Under the pieces are notes generated by a model that saw only the letters and a list, made by a program, of their open reading frames with translations, had not been told where the DNA came from and did no database searches. From positions 331,018,001 to 331,082,000 of the forward strand of contig OZ024740.1 of NCBI GenBank assembly GCA_964016885.1: a stretch of DNA of 64,000 nucleotides, in the 5' to 3' direction. Below, one piece after another: positions 40,400 to 55,348 of this stretch; position 1 is the first letter of the stretch, and each line of letters begins with the position of its first letter. The DNA is from Eledone cirrhosa. Lineage: Eukaryota. The position numbers and the translations under genes were made by a program.

Positions 40400-42480
40400 A
40401 ACCCTATAAAACCTCCGGTAAACAATATTCTTTGTTTTTCCTTTTGGAGCAAAAGCAAAGTGGTTGTTCCGGCTGTCAACTCGAGAACATCCAACGTACA
40501 ATTGTCCATGTGAAAACCATGGCTCCTCCAGTGAAGTCCTACCACAGATAAAGTCTGACCCTGGGACTTGTTGATGGACATAGCATAGGCAGAATGAAGG
40601 GAAATTGGGTTCTTTTAAAATAATAGGGTGCATCCACTCGTCATGTAGTAAGAGTTGCCGTAGGTATTAAAACATCTTCTCCTTCTCCACACCCCGACAT
40701 ATTCGTAGCATAAATAATGTGCTGTGACATCCTATTGACAACAAGGCGTGTACCATTGCAAACCTTGGAAGGGTTTATATTTCTGAGAAGTATAACTGGA
40801 CATCCTTCCTTGAGAGACAAAATATGTTGAGGTAGACCGGGAATATCCAATGAATTGAGGAATTCAATGGGATAATTGAGCGCATCATGTAGATCAACAT
40901 TGGTATCAATAGACTTAAAAGTCTTATCATTTCCAGGAAGACTTTCAAGCATTTGGCGATTAATGGCGGAGACAGTGACATTAGTAGGAGCTAATATAGC
41001 CCTCTCACACAGCCATGTATGATTGCGGTAATTATCTGCCAAGTTGGGAAAAACAGCTGCCTTGAGATCTTCGACAGTGTTAACCAGACAGCATATATTG
41101 TCGAGTTCAATGTCTCCATGCACATCTGAAAGTACTTTGCCGTTGCCAAGAATGAGAAGGTCTTCAGCAACATTTTCAGACACAGTATTGCCATGCAGTT
41201 GAACACGCATGTTAGTGGTCAAACGAATTGTTATTACCTGTTGCCACAATGGAAATCTTTAGGCAGGCCCGAACTTGATCCGCTCTTGTGCCCTTTGGAA
41301 TAACCGGCAAAGTTTGTCGAAAGTCCCCTGAAAGCAAAAGAGTTACACCCCCCATGGTCTCCTGACGGTCTCTAATGTCTTTCAGTGTTCTATCTAAGGC
41401 CTCAATAGCTCCTTTGTGAGCCATGGTACATTCATCCCACACAATCAGTTGACACCGTCGTACCTGTTCTGCTCTCGAACTATCCTTGGTGATGTCACAG
41501 AGTGGTGTTTCAGCTGATACCAAGTTAACCGGAAGCTTAAAGGTAGTGTGTGCTGTCCTGTCGCCAGGAAGTAGTGTTGCTCCAATACCGGATGATGCAA
41601 CGGCTATTGCGATAACTTCATCCTGTCTAAATTTGGCAAGAAGAAGTTTAGTAACAAAGGTTTTTCCAGTGCCTCCATGGGCATCAAGACAGAATATACC
41701 ACCCCATCTATGAAATACATAGTCGGTGATAGTGTTATATGCAAATTGCTGATCGGCATGTAGTTTTGGTTCCATTTCAAACACATCTAGCTAGAGTGTC
41801 GACATCATAAGATGTTTCATGGATGATGAGAGTTGGAATTGTATTAGAATCAGTGCGGTGGGTTTGTGGCAGACCGTATGCTGGCAAGGCTTTCCCACCC
41901 ATAAGAAAAATCCTGTCCTCTATGTCTATAAGCCCTTTATTGTATAAATCATCACCGAAATCTACTTCTATGTCAGGAAGTAGGAGTTGAGCCTGGTGCA
42001 GGAAATCCTGAGACAGTTGGTTCCGAAACTTCAACCATAATGTGTAGGGATCACATATGTTACATAGGTGAAGAAGATTTGCAAAGAGCTCTCACAGGCT
42101 TCCGGCTGAGTGTAATGACGCGATATCCACCAAGGTTGCATCCCATCGTGAGTCATCTTCAAGCATTCCACGAGCCAAACAGGCATCTCTGTATGTAGAC
42201 TAAACACGATTACCGTAAGTTCTGAGGTCAAGAAAACTGGTCGGTCCTTTGACCTCATGCAGTAGCATTCGAAGATAGAAGCACTTGTGTTGATTTGGAG
42301 GAATCGTATACACTCGCCCCAAGCAATTAATGAATTTGATCCCGGGAACTCCAATAACTGGTTGGTCAGTCTTTCTACGATTTCATGTTATTTTATTCCA
42401 TGTGTAGTATGATGGCACCTGAGGATACAGCAATGATTTTGTGAAGTCATCGTATTCGTACAGATTAAAGAATCCAATTA
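40400..42480 (-). pseudogene. Helitron RepHel PIF1-family helicase domain, frameshifted
   Basis: LDAHGGTGKT, ASSGIGATLL, VWDECTM, GDFRQTLPVI, LTTNMR, AILAPTN, LLRNINP..CNGTRL, INKSQGQTL, FSHGQLYVGCSRV. Confidence 0.95.
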
Positions 42481-42754
42481 AAGTTGTCTCCCTTGAGGTC
42501 TGTGCTAATTCAGCGGCATTTTTGTTGGTATAGTACATCCGTTTACCATGTTCTAGGTGTACATCTAATTTTACAATTGAAGGGTGCCTATCATGTATTG
42601 GAAAACCGAAGATTCGCCAAAAGGCCTCCCTACTACTTATGTAGCGCCCTACTTGGAATTGCGTTACTTCGTCTCTATTGTTTTCGTTGAGTATACCGAT
42701 GAAGCAGCGTCAGAACCCTTATTAACATACTTACATATGTATTTGATGCACTTG

Positions 42755-43010
42755 ACTGTCTGTCAGCACAAATTCATCGCATATATCAACACTCTGCACG
42801 ACTCTCTGCCAGGGCAACTTTATCGCCTATATCACCCCTCTGCACGACTGTCTGTCTGCACAACTTCATCGCCTATATCAGCTCTCTGCACGACTGTCTT
42901 CCTGCACAACTTTACCGCCTATATCATCTCTCTGCACGACTGTCTGTCTGCACAATTTTATCGCCTATCACCTCTCTGCACAACTATCTGTCTGCACAAC
43001 TTTATCGCCT
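42755..43010. repeat. Minisatellite, ~43-bp unit, ~6 copies
   Basis: Repeats of tctgcacaactttatcgcctatatca..tctctgcacgactgtc. Confidence 0.9.
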
Positions 43011-46000
43011 ACTAGCAGTAAAGCCCGGCGCTGCATGGGGCTGCTCAGTAGCTGTGTTAAAGTTACAATGTTATATTCCTTTCTTGGCTTAAAAACTATA
43101 GTCTACAGTGTAGACTTTCATGTGCTACTTTTGATTAATATTCCCCCAACCAACAGTATGCCTCATGAAGTTAAGAAAACATAACCATAACCCGAATGTT
43201 AAAACAAAAGAGGATGCTGGGGATAAAAACTGCACTGGTCATCTATTAACAAAAATCAAAAATGTAAACACTGCACCACTAGTCTCAGAGAAAAAACATC
43301 AGCGTAACCAAACTATCAGTTATTTTGAAACAAAGAAATTGTATGGACATGAAAAACATAAAATAAAATGCGTTATCCGTCTGTCGTTTAAAATCATTGC
43401 TTCTAATAGTAAAGCTCATAAGGATTTATTCGAGATCAATGCATTTTTTCAAAATGTTTGCTTGTTTTACGGTGTATTCAAATAGGCTTGTTTTCAAGTA
43501 AAAATATTGTTTTAAAAAACTTTTTAAATGAAGCGGAATGGAAGCTTAATGTTGAAATTTCGAACTCATGAATTTTGCAGGTTAAAATGTTGCTGGCCCG
43601 AAAGTTGTTCGTGTATTTTTGTACTTTTGCACGCGTCAGAATGACGCCATAAAAGGGAAATAACTCGTCTCTCGTCTCTATTTATACATTCGAACTGGAA
43701 AATCAATACATTAAAAATTCGATTTTTGCACTTGGATGATTTGAAAATTTATTTGAACGATATCTCCGCCGGACCTTTATCTATAAGTGTAGCAATTTCA
43801 CTGAAATTGGAACGTACCGTTTAGGGGGAGATGTGTGCCGACCGTTTTAGTAGACAGACAGACAGACAACCTCAGTTTTGTATATATAGATGTTTCATTG
43901 TACACTACCAATTCGACGAAATCGTTGTCTGCTCGCAATGCGGTGCGACTCTTTTCAATATATGTCTCTTCTTCTTCTTCTTCTTCTTCGCGTGTATTTG
44001 TTAACCATGAGAACACAATTTACCATTTTACTAACTAGATGTCATTTTCATTAGCTAATAATCTAGCATAACCTTCTCAGTAGACTGTACAAATCATGCA
44101 GGGTGTTACGATTTTAGCTTATGGTATATCTATGTACGAAGATCAATTTTGTAACATATATTGGAACTTGGCATTGTCTGATTTTAAGATTTTAGCATAT
44201 CTCACCTTCTTGTTTTTTAATTTAATTTATTTCTTTTATTTCTTTTAAGTTTCCATTTTGATATATTCCTTAATGTGTTTTTTATTCAATGCACATCATT
44301 CCATTTTCAATTTTCATCTCATTTTATATCAATTTATTTCTATGTCAACATCTATCACTTATGCATTCCTCCGGGATAACAGATCCTAGCCTGTTTCTAT
44401 TATCCCTAGACCCACTGTTACTAAAGTCATTGATATCATGCACTACTACCTCCTCCTATTTATCACTGGTTTCGTTGATAATGCCTTGATTGTTATTGTT
44501 GTTCTTGTAACCAAATTCATCTCGCACCACCAACAGAACCGCAACTGCCTTCTAAGTTTGAATATCATGTAACATACTAAAGCATTTGCAAATGGGCTGC
44601 TTTATGTTCAGGTGGATCTTGTACAGCCGCTCAAAGACCATGGCACTACATGGCGATAAAGAATGGATGGGAGGATATAGGGTGAGAACTATCTTAATGT
44701 ATGAGCATGACGATTTTAGGTCATCCTTCACCATAAACGATACTTTTACTGAAACTATGAATAATATTCACCATTCGTCACCAACACTACCATGTCAGTA
44801 CTACTGCCTAGACAGAAAAAATATGTATAGATGACTTCGAAAGTCCATTTTCAATGTCTAACTGCTGGGAATGTTGTCGTGAAGCCAGAAACACATTTTT
44901 TTCACAATGTTTTTCATACATTTTTTTCATATAATTTAGATATTTTAGGCTTCATACATTCTCCTGTTTTTATATGGCTTCAACAATTTAATATTCTATC
45001 CTAGAGAGCACTTCTTATTAAGAGCAGAAAGTATTTTAGAGCTAGACATTTAAACATAATGTGAACTAATATTAGATGGAGTAATGGTCGCAGATTCTTT
45101 CCACAGAATGTGCGTTGCACGAGATCGTCAAACTGTAATGCAAATGGTCTGATACCAATTCGCTGGGTCTACTAAAACGGAAGACAAATGTTATAATTAC
45201 GCCGGCAGATTTTTGCCCAGCTTACGCTGTCTTTTCCGATGTATGCCATATGTACTTGCATTTATCACTATCTAATTTTTATATACCATACTTAATGCAT
45301 TTTAAGAAGAGTATCTTGTAAGAAAATCTACAAAATAAGACATAGAAATATGAAGTCATTTCAGATATAGGGATTTTTAAATGTACTATCATATCAAGGA
45401 TACAGAAAATAGTGGTTCCACATGTGAATTCTGCATGTGGTCTATTCATTAAGCAAAGCACTAATTAACTGTGATTAAGCTACCTCCTGAGGGAGCAATA
45501 TGCCCTTCTTTCTATAATAATATGAATGTGATATATTTGATCTGATCCATGTAAAAATCGCTATCGTTATCTTTCTAAAAGAAGAAAATAGACGTGTATG
45601 GAAATATATTACATTCACAAACTTTATAATTGCCAGGCATTTGTAAATATAATTCAGAAATTACGTACCAGAGAATTATTATGATACGCTCAATGTTTGC
45701 CACTGTAGAATTTCGAATGTGCAGGACTTACTGGTTAAGCCAATTACGAATAATACTTCACTTAGAAATATTAAGTCTATTAGAACGCAATCTCAGATGA
45801 AAGCGTACTGCATAGGATACTTGCTTTCCCAACATCACTTCCGTGTCATGAACCAAGTTTCAAAGTAAAATACTAGGCTGAAGAGCACTACACTAAACAG
45901 AGCCCATTATATCCCATGTCCCGATTACACTTTCTTTAGATATATAGATCACACCAAAAGGACCTTATACTGAAGGCCGACCACAACTAGTCCTACTGAA

Positions 46001-46737
46001 TATTGCCACGGAGTTGGTTGTAACTTGAAAGAAGAATGTAATAGAATCAAGTTGTTATTCAATATGAATATGCAAAACTAGTTCATATATAGTTATACTG
46101 TCTTCACTCGACAGAGAAATTAATATTAACGGCAAAAATATAAAGATTATTTTATATCAAGTTTTATTAACAAGACAAACGCAGGATATATTCCTTTTTC
46201 TATAAAATCTTTTAAACATCAGCAATCATATACTTGTTTCTAGAATACGTGTAATATAATACCATTACACATCTATATTAAATGTATGTAAATTACGACG
46301 TACAAATATGCATATTTAGAATCATACGAAATATTGATATTTTTTTCAAAAGTTAATTTCACGGCCAAAATATTTACTTGCTGCTTGGAAATTTCGAAAT
46401 TAGCTATCAGAAACTGGAATCAATGAACAAGTGAATCTATTTATTCTGAAATCGATATTGTTAATTAAAATGGAACAGTGAAAAAAATATATAAAATATA
46501 TTCTATTCTCATTCTAATTTGCAACAGCTTGCGTCTTACATGTTATTTATTACTTTCAATAATATTTGCAAGTTTCGTAAAGTGAAAGTGAAATATTTAA
46601 CATCTCATCTTTACAATCGCAAATGTGGTTGATGGTGGATGTAACAGATTGAGTAGGTCAATATTGAACATGAATAATTCCCCACCGAGGAATTTTTACA
46701 GTATAAAGAAACGACAAATGTTCTACACACTATTATA

Positions 46738-46803
<66 letters not shown>

Positions 46804-46804
46804 G

Positions 46805-46900
46805 TCTAGACACGGACGACTGAGCTCTTGCTGCTTCAACAGCTAGATCCAGACTGTCTGGTAATAGCTGTTAAACGGCAAGTGCTCAGTCATAGTGTTC
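46805..46900. repeat. Degenerate palindrome of the 23.0/27.8-kb HHR family
   Basis: gactgagc.cttgc..aacagcta mirrored by tagctgtt..gcaag.gctcagtc; follows (TA)n. Confidence 0.65.
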
Positions 46901-47004
46901 CCGACTCCTTATGATGAAACAATAAGTACCGAGTACAATGTTCAGTTTGGTTTGAAACTGAATCCATCTTGATTTATATGTATATATATATATATATATA
47001 TATG

Positions 47005-50000
47005 AGTATGTGATAGTTGCTTACCGACGATTCATTATGCAGGTTAGAGCACTCAACGAAGTGCGCAGGCGGGTCGTTTACTCCGGAGTAAAACAAGAAG
47101 TATAAGCCGACAGGTTAAAATTAACTTCGTTTATTCATATTCACTGCAATATATATTTCGGCGATAACCACTATTCAACAGCTAAGGCCTCATCAGGCTG
47201 CTAGAACTTGAACAAAAAAAGCAGGATATCATAATGGTGGAACAGAGTTTACCTTGTTAATTCGCTGATATGCCCAGTTCCGAATCGTGGTGTTTTTACT
47301 GAAAGGAGAGGGGTATATGAATTAGAATGCACGAATCCAAGCATTCGAAGGATGTACCTTCCTATCATTGGTCAGATACTATCTTAACACTCCAGAGCAA
47401 GACTATTGAATTTCTTAGGTCAGTCGTTCTTCAAGCAGCTCAGCCTGCTAGGGTTGTTTTTAATAACCGGTTATAATAACTATATATACGGGTGTTATGG
47501 CCTAGTTGACTTATTTGACTCTAGTGGCAGTGATGTAAAAAGGTCAACCACTATCACACTTTTGCCGTAGTATTGAAGTTGCAAGTGAATAAATCATGTA
47601 TGTAACCTGATATGGGAGCGTGGATGCTTTTCCATATCAATCGTCCTGATAGTAAGAGATGTTAGAATTATAACCGTAGCTGTAAACATCTATACGTTTT
47701 AAAATTTTAAAATGTTAAAAATGTTAATCTATATTTTAGACATTAGTACACATCCTCAAACATACATCTACGTACCCCACACGTATACACACATACATAT
47801 ATACGTGCACACACATACTTACATCTATAGATGCACATACATCCATACCTAAACGCAGACACCCAAGTACATACACACACCTACGTGTATACGTACACAC
47901 ATACACAGACACATATATACCCTTGGTGGGGGGGGGGTGATAATAAGTGCATTTTATTTACTTATCTCTGTTAGTATTGACATTTGTGTGCGAAAAGGAT
48001 TAGGTTTGATGTAACATGATTTGAACGAAGGAAGTGAGAAACAAGGGTGAACCACAGCGATGTAAAGCACGGGCCTAGCCGCTAAGTAAGTGCGGCTCTG
48101 TGGTGTTTAAATGCTAATCGAAACCAGAAGAGAGGAGGGAGTTAAGTACAGTGAGCGGGGTTGGTGTATTGTCTAGAGGACTCGGTGTAGTGGGGTTTCT
48201 ATCCATATAGCTTGAGGAAAGTAGCCGTCCTTAGGCGTTTACTTGTACCAAAGAAATAGGTCATACGATTGATTAATTGTATTCCACCACTGAGTATCTC
48301 TAGTGTCTCACTTAGACAGAGGCTGCAAAAGTCAGATCCACATCTGTGTGGTGGCTCCTCCCTAACTTTGGACCAGAGTTCAGGGTTAACTGGGTTCAGA
48401 TCAGTTCAGAAAGCGCCATACTTTTTCTTTTGTCGACCTTATTAAAGGATTGACGATGCTTATGCCATCTGTCCTTGATGCTGTCGACGTGGCTCCTATG
48501 TAAAGATGCTCCGAGTAACCCTGCATCGGTAGCTTGGGTTCTTCACTAAGCATTCATTTCGAAGGGGACATAATCTTGGGCGTCTGCAGTTGCATGGAGT
48601 TGTCAACCCCTGCATACTTACTGTGGGATTCCCATTGCGTATGTTGGGGCGGTCGATCCCTGTGGATTATACAGTGTCCCCGAGTCGATTGGTGTTGCTC
48701 GGGTTAGTCCCGGGTCCACCATTCACCCTGCCATCGTTCTACACGGTGTCTATAGAAATAGATGCTGTCTGTTTAAATGTCCTAAGTCTATTTCTATTGA
48801 TACTGGCTATGTACTGAGCTACGCTGTGCGGGCTGGGGTATGAGAGCTTCTCCGTGTGCGTATTAAAGATTTTGTGGTACCTGTGGGTCCTCGGGAAGCA
48901 TTTATCCATTGGCCTAAAGTGTGACCGTGCCAGGTTGGTCTCAGACGCACAGAGTATGGTGGAGTATACCATGTTATTTTTCTAAGCCTAGTCTTATGTG
49001 AGTGGGTTGAGCACGCACCCGGTCGTTTAGGAGTTGTTGGGGTCCCACCATTTCACGAACTACTGCTTCCCCGTTGCGCATTATTGTTTCTCCTAAATGG
49101 TTTGTCCCTGCCGGTGGGGAGCTGCCGGTACACATTGGGGTTTTCCACGTTGGAGTATTCCACCGTCTATCACGATCGGTGTTATATGGTTGGGGTCAGT
49201 GGGTCCGGACTGGTTTGCATTACCGTTAGACCCTCCTCACGTATTGCGTTTATTCGCATGCCCAGGGGTAAGTGTCTTTCTCCCAAAAGTGGTGGTGCTA
49301 GGATCCGGGGGTTTAGATGCAGTAGATTCAACCCTACCTGTATTACGTGGGACCCCCTTCCTGAGACTATAGGTCTGAATTCCCCATAGGTCAGTCATCT
49401 CTATCATGGCCATAGTGCTATGATAGATAACCTGAAAATTTGCCGCTTTAGCTAGAGCTATATTTTAATAATCTTCATTACTATCGAAGATCTCCTTATT
49501 GCCAGACAAGGTGGAGATTCAGTCTGAGAACTCTTGACTATAGCCTTAATAATGGATCGTGAGTGGTTGGACTTAACCTTAACATACACTAGCTTCTCGT
49601 TGGGATTATGATAGTGGTAGTATAGCTCAGTGTTTAGGTTTAGGGTGGTGTCTAAGAGGCTAACTACTTTTCTATTGGGATCTATTTCTATACTGAGCCC
49701 TAGATTACTAAAAAGGTGTCTAATCGTCTTCTTGATTCCCTCCACCATACTGGTGTTGTGGACAGAGACAGTGAAGAGAAAATACCGTGGTATAAGCCGC
49801 CATTGAGTTTGGGGATTTCTTCTTTAATTTCCCTCAGTATGAAGAGCTCAACCAGGTCCGTTATCTGTGCGGAGTCGCTGGAGCCCATTCTGGTGTCAAA
49901 TTTATTTTTCCAATCACTCCTGGTCCAGAGATCCCCATCGAAACTGATCAAGGTTTTCCGGAATGCGTGGATTATTCCTATTTCTTCGCGGGTTAAGTCT

Positions 50001-50170
50001 GTTTTAGCCATGGCGAATATAAGGGCCTTATATAGAACTATGACCGAGATTGAAGAGTAGAAACTAGCAATAGCCAGTTGGATAAAGAGAGTCCTATTTT
50101 TGCAGGCAATAGTGTAAACCACTCTCTCACCTCACCAGTGCAGGACCATAGTTGTAACTTTGTTGTTTTT
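47005..50170 (-). mobile_element. Penelope-like element (Naiad-like), decayed
   Basis: FDTRMGSSDS, LNGGLY, VSLLD, EKLSYP, CNCRRPRLCPL and CSLCLSE; then a C-tract, TG-rich 3' region and HHR. Confidence 0.88.
47144..47201 (-). ncRNA. Type I hammerhead ribozyme in the PLE 3' region
   Basis: CTGATGA, ggc/gcc stem II, GAAA, tata, TA; imperfect gca/tgc stem I; aataaa downstream. Confidence 0.75.
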
Positions 50171-51659
50171 TTTTCCTAAGCATTGGTAGAATCCTCCTAT
50201 CTAGCATGCATTAGATTATAATCTACAAATATGGGAAGTTGAGTTATGGGGAATCAACTTCTCATAATTTGTACTGTTTGTAGAAATACATACTCTACAT
50301 ATGATGAGGAGAAACGAAGCGAAGATAATGAATGAAATGGCGAGTGGTCGCTGAAGTTAGATTATGTAAATTCTATGATAATATGAGAAATATGGTGTCA
50401 GCAAAAGGAATTAAAATTAACATGAGTGGAAGGAAACAACCGAAAGTGAGGATTTGAAGTGGAAAACGGCTTTTCCGTAGTTTTATTGATATCTCCTGGT
50501 TACATTATGAAAATAGATTAGTGCAGCCGACGATTTTAATTAACATTATTAATTCGTAAATATAGTGAAAAATATCTATTTCTAGCGCTATATTCATTCT
50601 CCATTTTAAATTAATGCGATTTGGAGGAAATTAAAATACTATATTTTTTTACTGTGAGTTTAGTCATCTCCTCGGCTCACAGATTTGGCCTGATATATAA
50701 TTTGGATATCTATTCAGATCAGTGATTATTTTCAGGTTTCTAGTCAAATTATGTAATTGTTAATGTGTGAATTATTAGTAGTACGAGTACCAACTCTCGA
50801 TATACAAGTAAGCTAAATTATAATGATATATTGTGATGATATCTATATAATTAAAACAACTAAACTAACGAGAAAAACAATGGAAAGGAAAATAATCGAC
50901 CGAGTCTCCGACAAATTACATTACACCACGTTTAATAGAGACATTTTATATGTTGTAATACATGTAAAAATGTAAAAATATGTAAAACCATAATGTAATT
51001 CACAGGGGTAACAATGATTAATAATGTATTAGTGAAAAAAACAAAAACAGCAACAAACATAAGTATAACTGAAGCATCGGTGTATTGCAGCATAATTAGT
51101 TTTTAATGCCGAGTCATTCGAATTACAGATTTGGATGGGGGATGGAAACTCCACTATTCAGGTGTGGCGCAAGAAATTACTTAACCAATTGGAGTAAAAT
51201 TACTTAACCAATTACAAGCGCCATGCTCTCAGAAAGTGTTATAGACTTGATACAATTAGGAGGGAGGATTTCCCCTTTGAAGCGTAGGCTGAAGGATATG
51301 TCTCTGTGGGTGGTACACAATTACGCAACCAACAAGAAGTCGAAGATTCTATCCGAGTAATGAAGGAGACCTGCAAAGCTTGGTTTGGAAATAAATCCTC
51401 CCTGCACTTGCGGTACAAGCAGATTAAGACAGTAATGATGCACATATTAAGACATGGGATGACTCTCGGGTGGAATCCGACTTTAGATCAGCATATAAAG
51501 TGTTCTGACAGATCATCTGCAACCTCCGTAATAAGAATTCCTCCTCCTTACCGGCTATTAGGAATGCCACTTAGGATCTCTCTCATCCTCGTGAGCTTGA
51601 GAGATAGTAAACACGATCACAATAGCATACTCCAATGTACACAACGTGCATCTTGCACC

Positions 51660-53174
51660 GAGGACTAATCTGTCGAAAGATGGTCACAAGAGGAATTAAG
51701 GAGCACAAATGTGACAAAGTCACTGGAGAAGATGTTAAATACCTCAAATAGAAAAGGTATTGTCTGGCTGAATCGTGTGTGCCGATTGGTTTGGAGTTCT
51801 AGAAAGGCATCTAAGCCATGGCATTCGGGGAATATAAACCCAATTTTCAAAAGAGTAGCCAAGAAAGATTGCATCAATTATAAAAGTAACTCTTTGTTAA
51901 GCCTCCACGGTAAAGTCTATGCTAAGTGTCTGGCAAAGAGATGTAGGTGATTGTCGAGTCCAAACTAGCTGATGAACAGTTTGGTTTTCACCCCGGAATC
52001 AGCCCTGCCGACAAATTATTCGTACCGCGGCAATTCTTTGAGAACTCGTGGGAGTCATGCCAAGAGGTGTATTCTTGCTTTGTAGTCCGAGAAAAGGCAG
52101 ATAACTGCGTTCCTTGAGATATGCTGTGGAAGTTTCTGCAGGAGTATGGGATCGATGCTCAGCCTCCTGATGCCCAGATGTCACTATACGAATGCCTGAG
52201 GATATCTCTTTGGATAAATGGAACTAAATCGAAACAACTCACGGTGGGTGAGAGATTTTACCAAGGGTGCGTAGTGTCACCTCTCCCAGTCATTGTTTTT
52301 ATGAATAAGTTTGACATGCGCAGCCGAGATAAAAGTGATATCACGCCTGGCATGTTTATAATGAGTCGGCTGGAATTTGCAGAAAACTTAACTCGAAAGA
52401 AGGTGATTTCCGAATTGCACAGAATAGGTCTCATGCTGAGTGCTACATGGATGGAATGAAAATCAATGTCATGGAAACTGAGACACTCATCCTCTTAAAA
52501 AAGCATCCGCTTTGACTTCTTCATATGAATGGCGTTCCACTGAAGCAGGTGAAGAACTTCAAGTGTCTCGGGGCCGAATTTATGAGTGATGGACCTCAAG
52601 TGGCCGAGCTGCTAATGCAATGATCCAGATTCAGAATTTGGTAATCAGAAGATGGGAGGCTGGTGTAAAAACCAAACTAACAATTTTCAATTCGATATTT
52701 CTGCCAATCCTTATATGTATCTAAAGTAATGACAGAAAGAATATGATAGCAAATGGACTTCATTCAACATTTGTTTGGAGTAAACCTTCTCGATAGATAC
52801 CGTAGCTCGGAGATCAAAATATCTCTCTAGTTAGAGCCACAACTTAGCCGATTTGAATGATCACAACTCCGGTAATATGGACATGTGGTTAGAATACCCA
52901 AGGAAAGAATTGCTTGACTGATTTTACGTGCAAAACCAACTAGCAGGTGTCCCAAGACTAGACCCCGAGGAAGATGTTTGGATAAAGTCCATGTGCTCAC
53001 CTGGACTTGCTTGGGGATCCAGCCGGATCAGTTGGAAAGGGTTGCTTCTGTTAGTACGCCCTGCAATGTGTTTGAAGTCTTTGCCAAAACGTCATTATCA
53101 GGAATAATTTGGCAAAGAAGAAGAAGAAGAAGAAGAAGAAGAAGAAGAAGAAGAAGAAGAAGAAGAAGAAGAAG

Positions 53175-53206
<32 letters not shown>

Positions 53207-53217
53207 GTAGTAGTAGT
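51660..53217 (+). mobile_element. RTE-type LINE 3' portion with (AAG)n/(TAG)n tail, decayed
   Basis: PIFKR..KKDCINYKSNSLLSLHGKVYAK, EQFGF, QGCVVSP, LEFAE, GHVVRI; simple-repeat tail at 53116-53217. Confidence 0.88.
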
Positions 53218-54563
53218 ATTCGCATTTACATATATGTATGTAAACCTGTGAATGCATACCTTTAATTTTATGTAAGTGAGCAAGCATGTATTTTGGTATT
53301 GTGTATGTGGATGAATACACTCACACATACACAAACACACACACACTCTCACACACACTCACACACTCTCTCACACACACACACAGCCACACACACACAT
53401 ATATATATGTGTGTGTGTTTCTGTGTGAACAAAACGATTTATGTACTAAGTAACTTTCATGAAGCTGTTACCATAAAACTCTTTGTAATCTATTAGGCAG
53501 CACTGGGCATTAATCTATTAATTAGTGTTGCAGAATAACTATTGTTTAGTAGTATATTCCCTTTAAAGACGTGTGGGAGTGCAATTCTATCTCTGTGTTT
53601 ATAGAATAATAGCAGATTTACGATTTAATTAATTTTGCGTCGTCATTTATTGCTACCTTCTTGGATGCAGCGTTAATTTACGATAATGTGTGAGCGAGTG
53701 AGCTGATCAATCTACAGATGATCACACAAATATATAAAGTCGTGTGCATTTATATATATATACATGATATATTCCAGCTTCAGAGATATAGCTCTTTTTT
53801 TATGTTTTCTAGTTGTTCGTCGTGAGTTGGTGACTCTGTTGCTGCGGCGGCATTGGACTGATCTCCATTCAGCCCTTACCCCTATTAGGTGATTTCAGAA
53901 TGTGTCATAGGTTTACAAACTCTAATTCTACTGTTAATTAGAAATGAATGCATAGCTGTCAATAACAAGTGTTCTGAGAATGTCTATATGTACGCTTAAT
54001 CCTATGTGCTTTGGTTCAGTTTTATATAATGGAATACAGATTTGCTTTTGTGACTAGACAAATTTGAGCAATGTGCCTGCATACGATTTAGCATGCCACT
54101 GGGCCTAATTTCTTAAATTGATTTGTCAGTCATTTGACAAGCCTTCTTCACAGCGAGACCAGACTCGTTACCTTGATATGGAGATTACAATGTTGTGCAT
54201 GTTTTATTTCGTTATGCTGAACGTAATAATAAGAAGAGTTAAAATTTGAGATTTGAAAATTCAAGTATAAAATTCATTGTGGGATTTCACAGTAGTTTTC
54301 ATCTTGGTAGCAGCTCGTTTAGCAGCTCGTTCACTGCTAGGTGTCTTTCTTATTATTAATTTTTCTTAATATTAATCAACATTTGAAAAGATGGCTTTTG
54401 CAGACCCATCGAAACCGGTCATTTTTTATACCCTTTATTATTTCCTTACCTTATAAAATTATATGTTTTTTCACAAAAAAGTATTCTGTCTCTTATATAT
54501 TCCATGTGCCATTACCAACCTCAATGTTCTCTATAACCTTCGTTTTGTGTAGTAAATTACACT

Positions 54564-54602
<39 letters not shown>

Positions 54603-54821
54603 TCCCGTTCGTTAGGAGTGGGATTCTTTCTTTCTCACATCCCATTCACGGCGAAAGGTCTGTATTCTGAACGCTCATAAATTCACCCAGCTTATACTGA
54701 TCGGATAACCATGTTGCTTGTTTTTTTTCCCATCTTCGGTTTGCTTTTCCTTCTATGTTGTTTACTTGTCTCACTCGCTTTACGCGACTCACTTGTCCCA
54801 ATAGCTTATTTTAGTTATTGC

Positions 54822-54917
54822 TCGCACCAACCTGAGGTATATGATTTTTAATGCGATGAAATACCAATGACGGTTGGCAAATCACTGATGAGGGACTAAT
54901 TTTATAATATGTAACCC
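54822..54917 (+). ncRNA. Non-circularly permuted hammerhead-like ribozyme with intact core
   Basis: ggta-TA-tgattt (54836-54847), GAAA-tacc (54858-54865), aaatca-CTGATGA (54879-54891); extra stem ccaacc/ggttgg. Confidence 0.76.
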
Positions 54918-55348
54918 ATGTGCAACCACGCAATATCCTTCTTCCCATATTTTTCATACATATTTACCTAGACTGCGATTATCTGTTTCTCTCTTTCTCT
55001 CTTACTGATCCCCCGTTCTCTCTGTTTTCTTACCTTCTTTCGCCCCCTCTGTCATTTACACTTTCTCACGACTGACCTCTTCCTCGCACTTCCACTCACC
55101 CACTCTCTGTGTCTCCCCTTCTCACTTCCTCCCGTTCGTTAGGAGTGGGATTCTTTCATTCTCACATCCCATTCACGGCGAAAGGTCTGTATTCTGAACG
55201 CTCATGAAATTCAACCAGCTTATGCTGATCGGATAACCATGTTACTTGTTTTTTTCCCATCTTCGGTTTGCTTTTCCTTCTAAGTTGTTTAATTGTCTCA
55301 CTCGCTTTACGCGACTCGCTTGTCCCAATAGCTTATTTTAGTTATTGT

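Larger units (their letters stand above)
39468..43890 (-). mobile_element. Composite Helitron with two 3' termini
   Basis: Minus strand: A|TC 5' end at 43890; hairpin+CTAG|T at 43012 and again at 39468; ~340-370-bp direct repeats 39468-39803 and 43012-43378; RepHel fragments between them. Confidence 0.88.

Noticed and set aside
42755-43010. CRISPR-like regular repeats
   Set aside because: Contiguous tandem units without unique spacers, in eukaryotic DNA inside a Helitron
44552-44834. Possible host exon or ORF in unique sequence
   Set aside because: No recognisable protein motif or convincing splice context; small host exons cannot be excluded without RNA-seq
52978-53358. Poly-R, poly-L, poly-F and poly-S ORFs
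   Set aside because: Translations of the LINE (AAG)n tail
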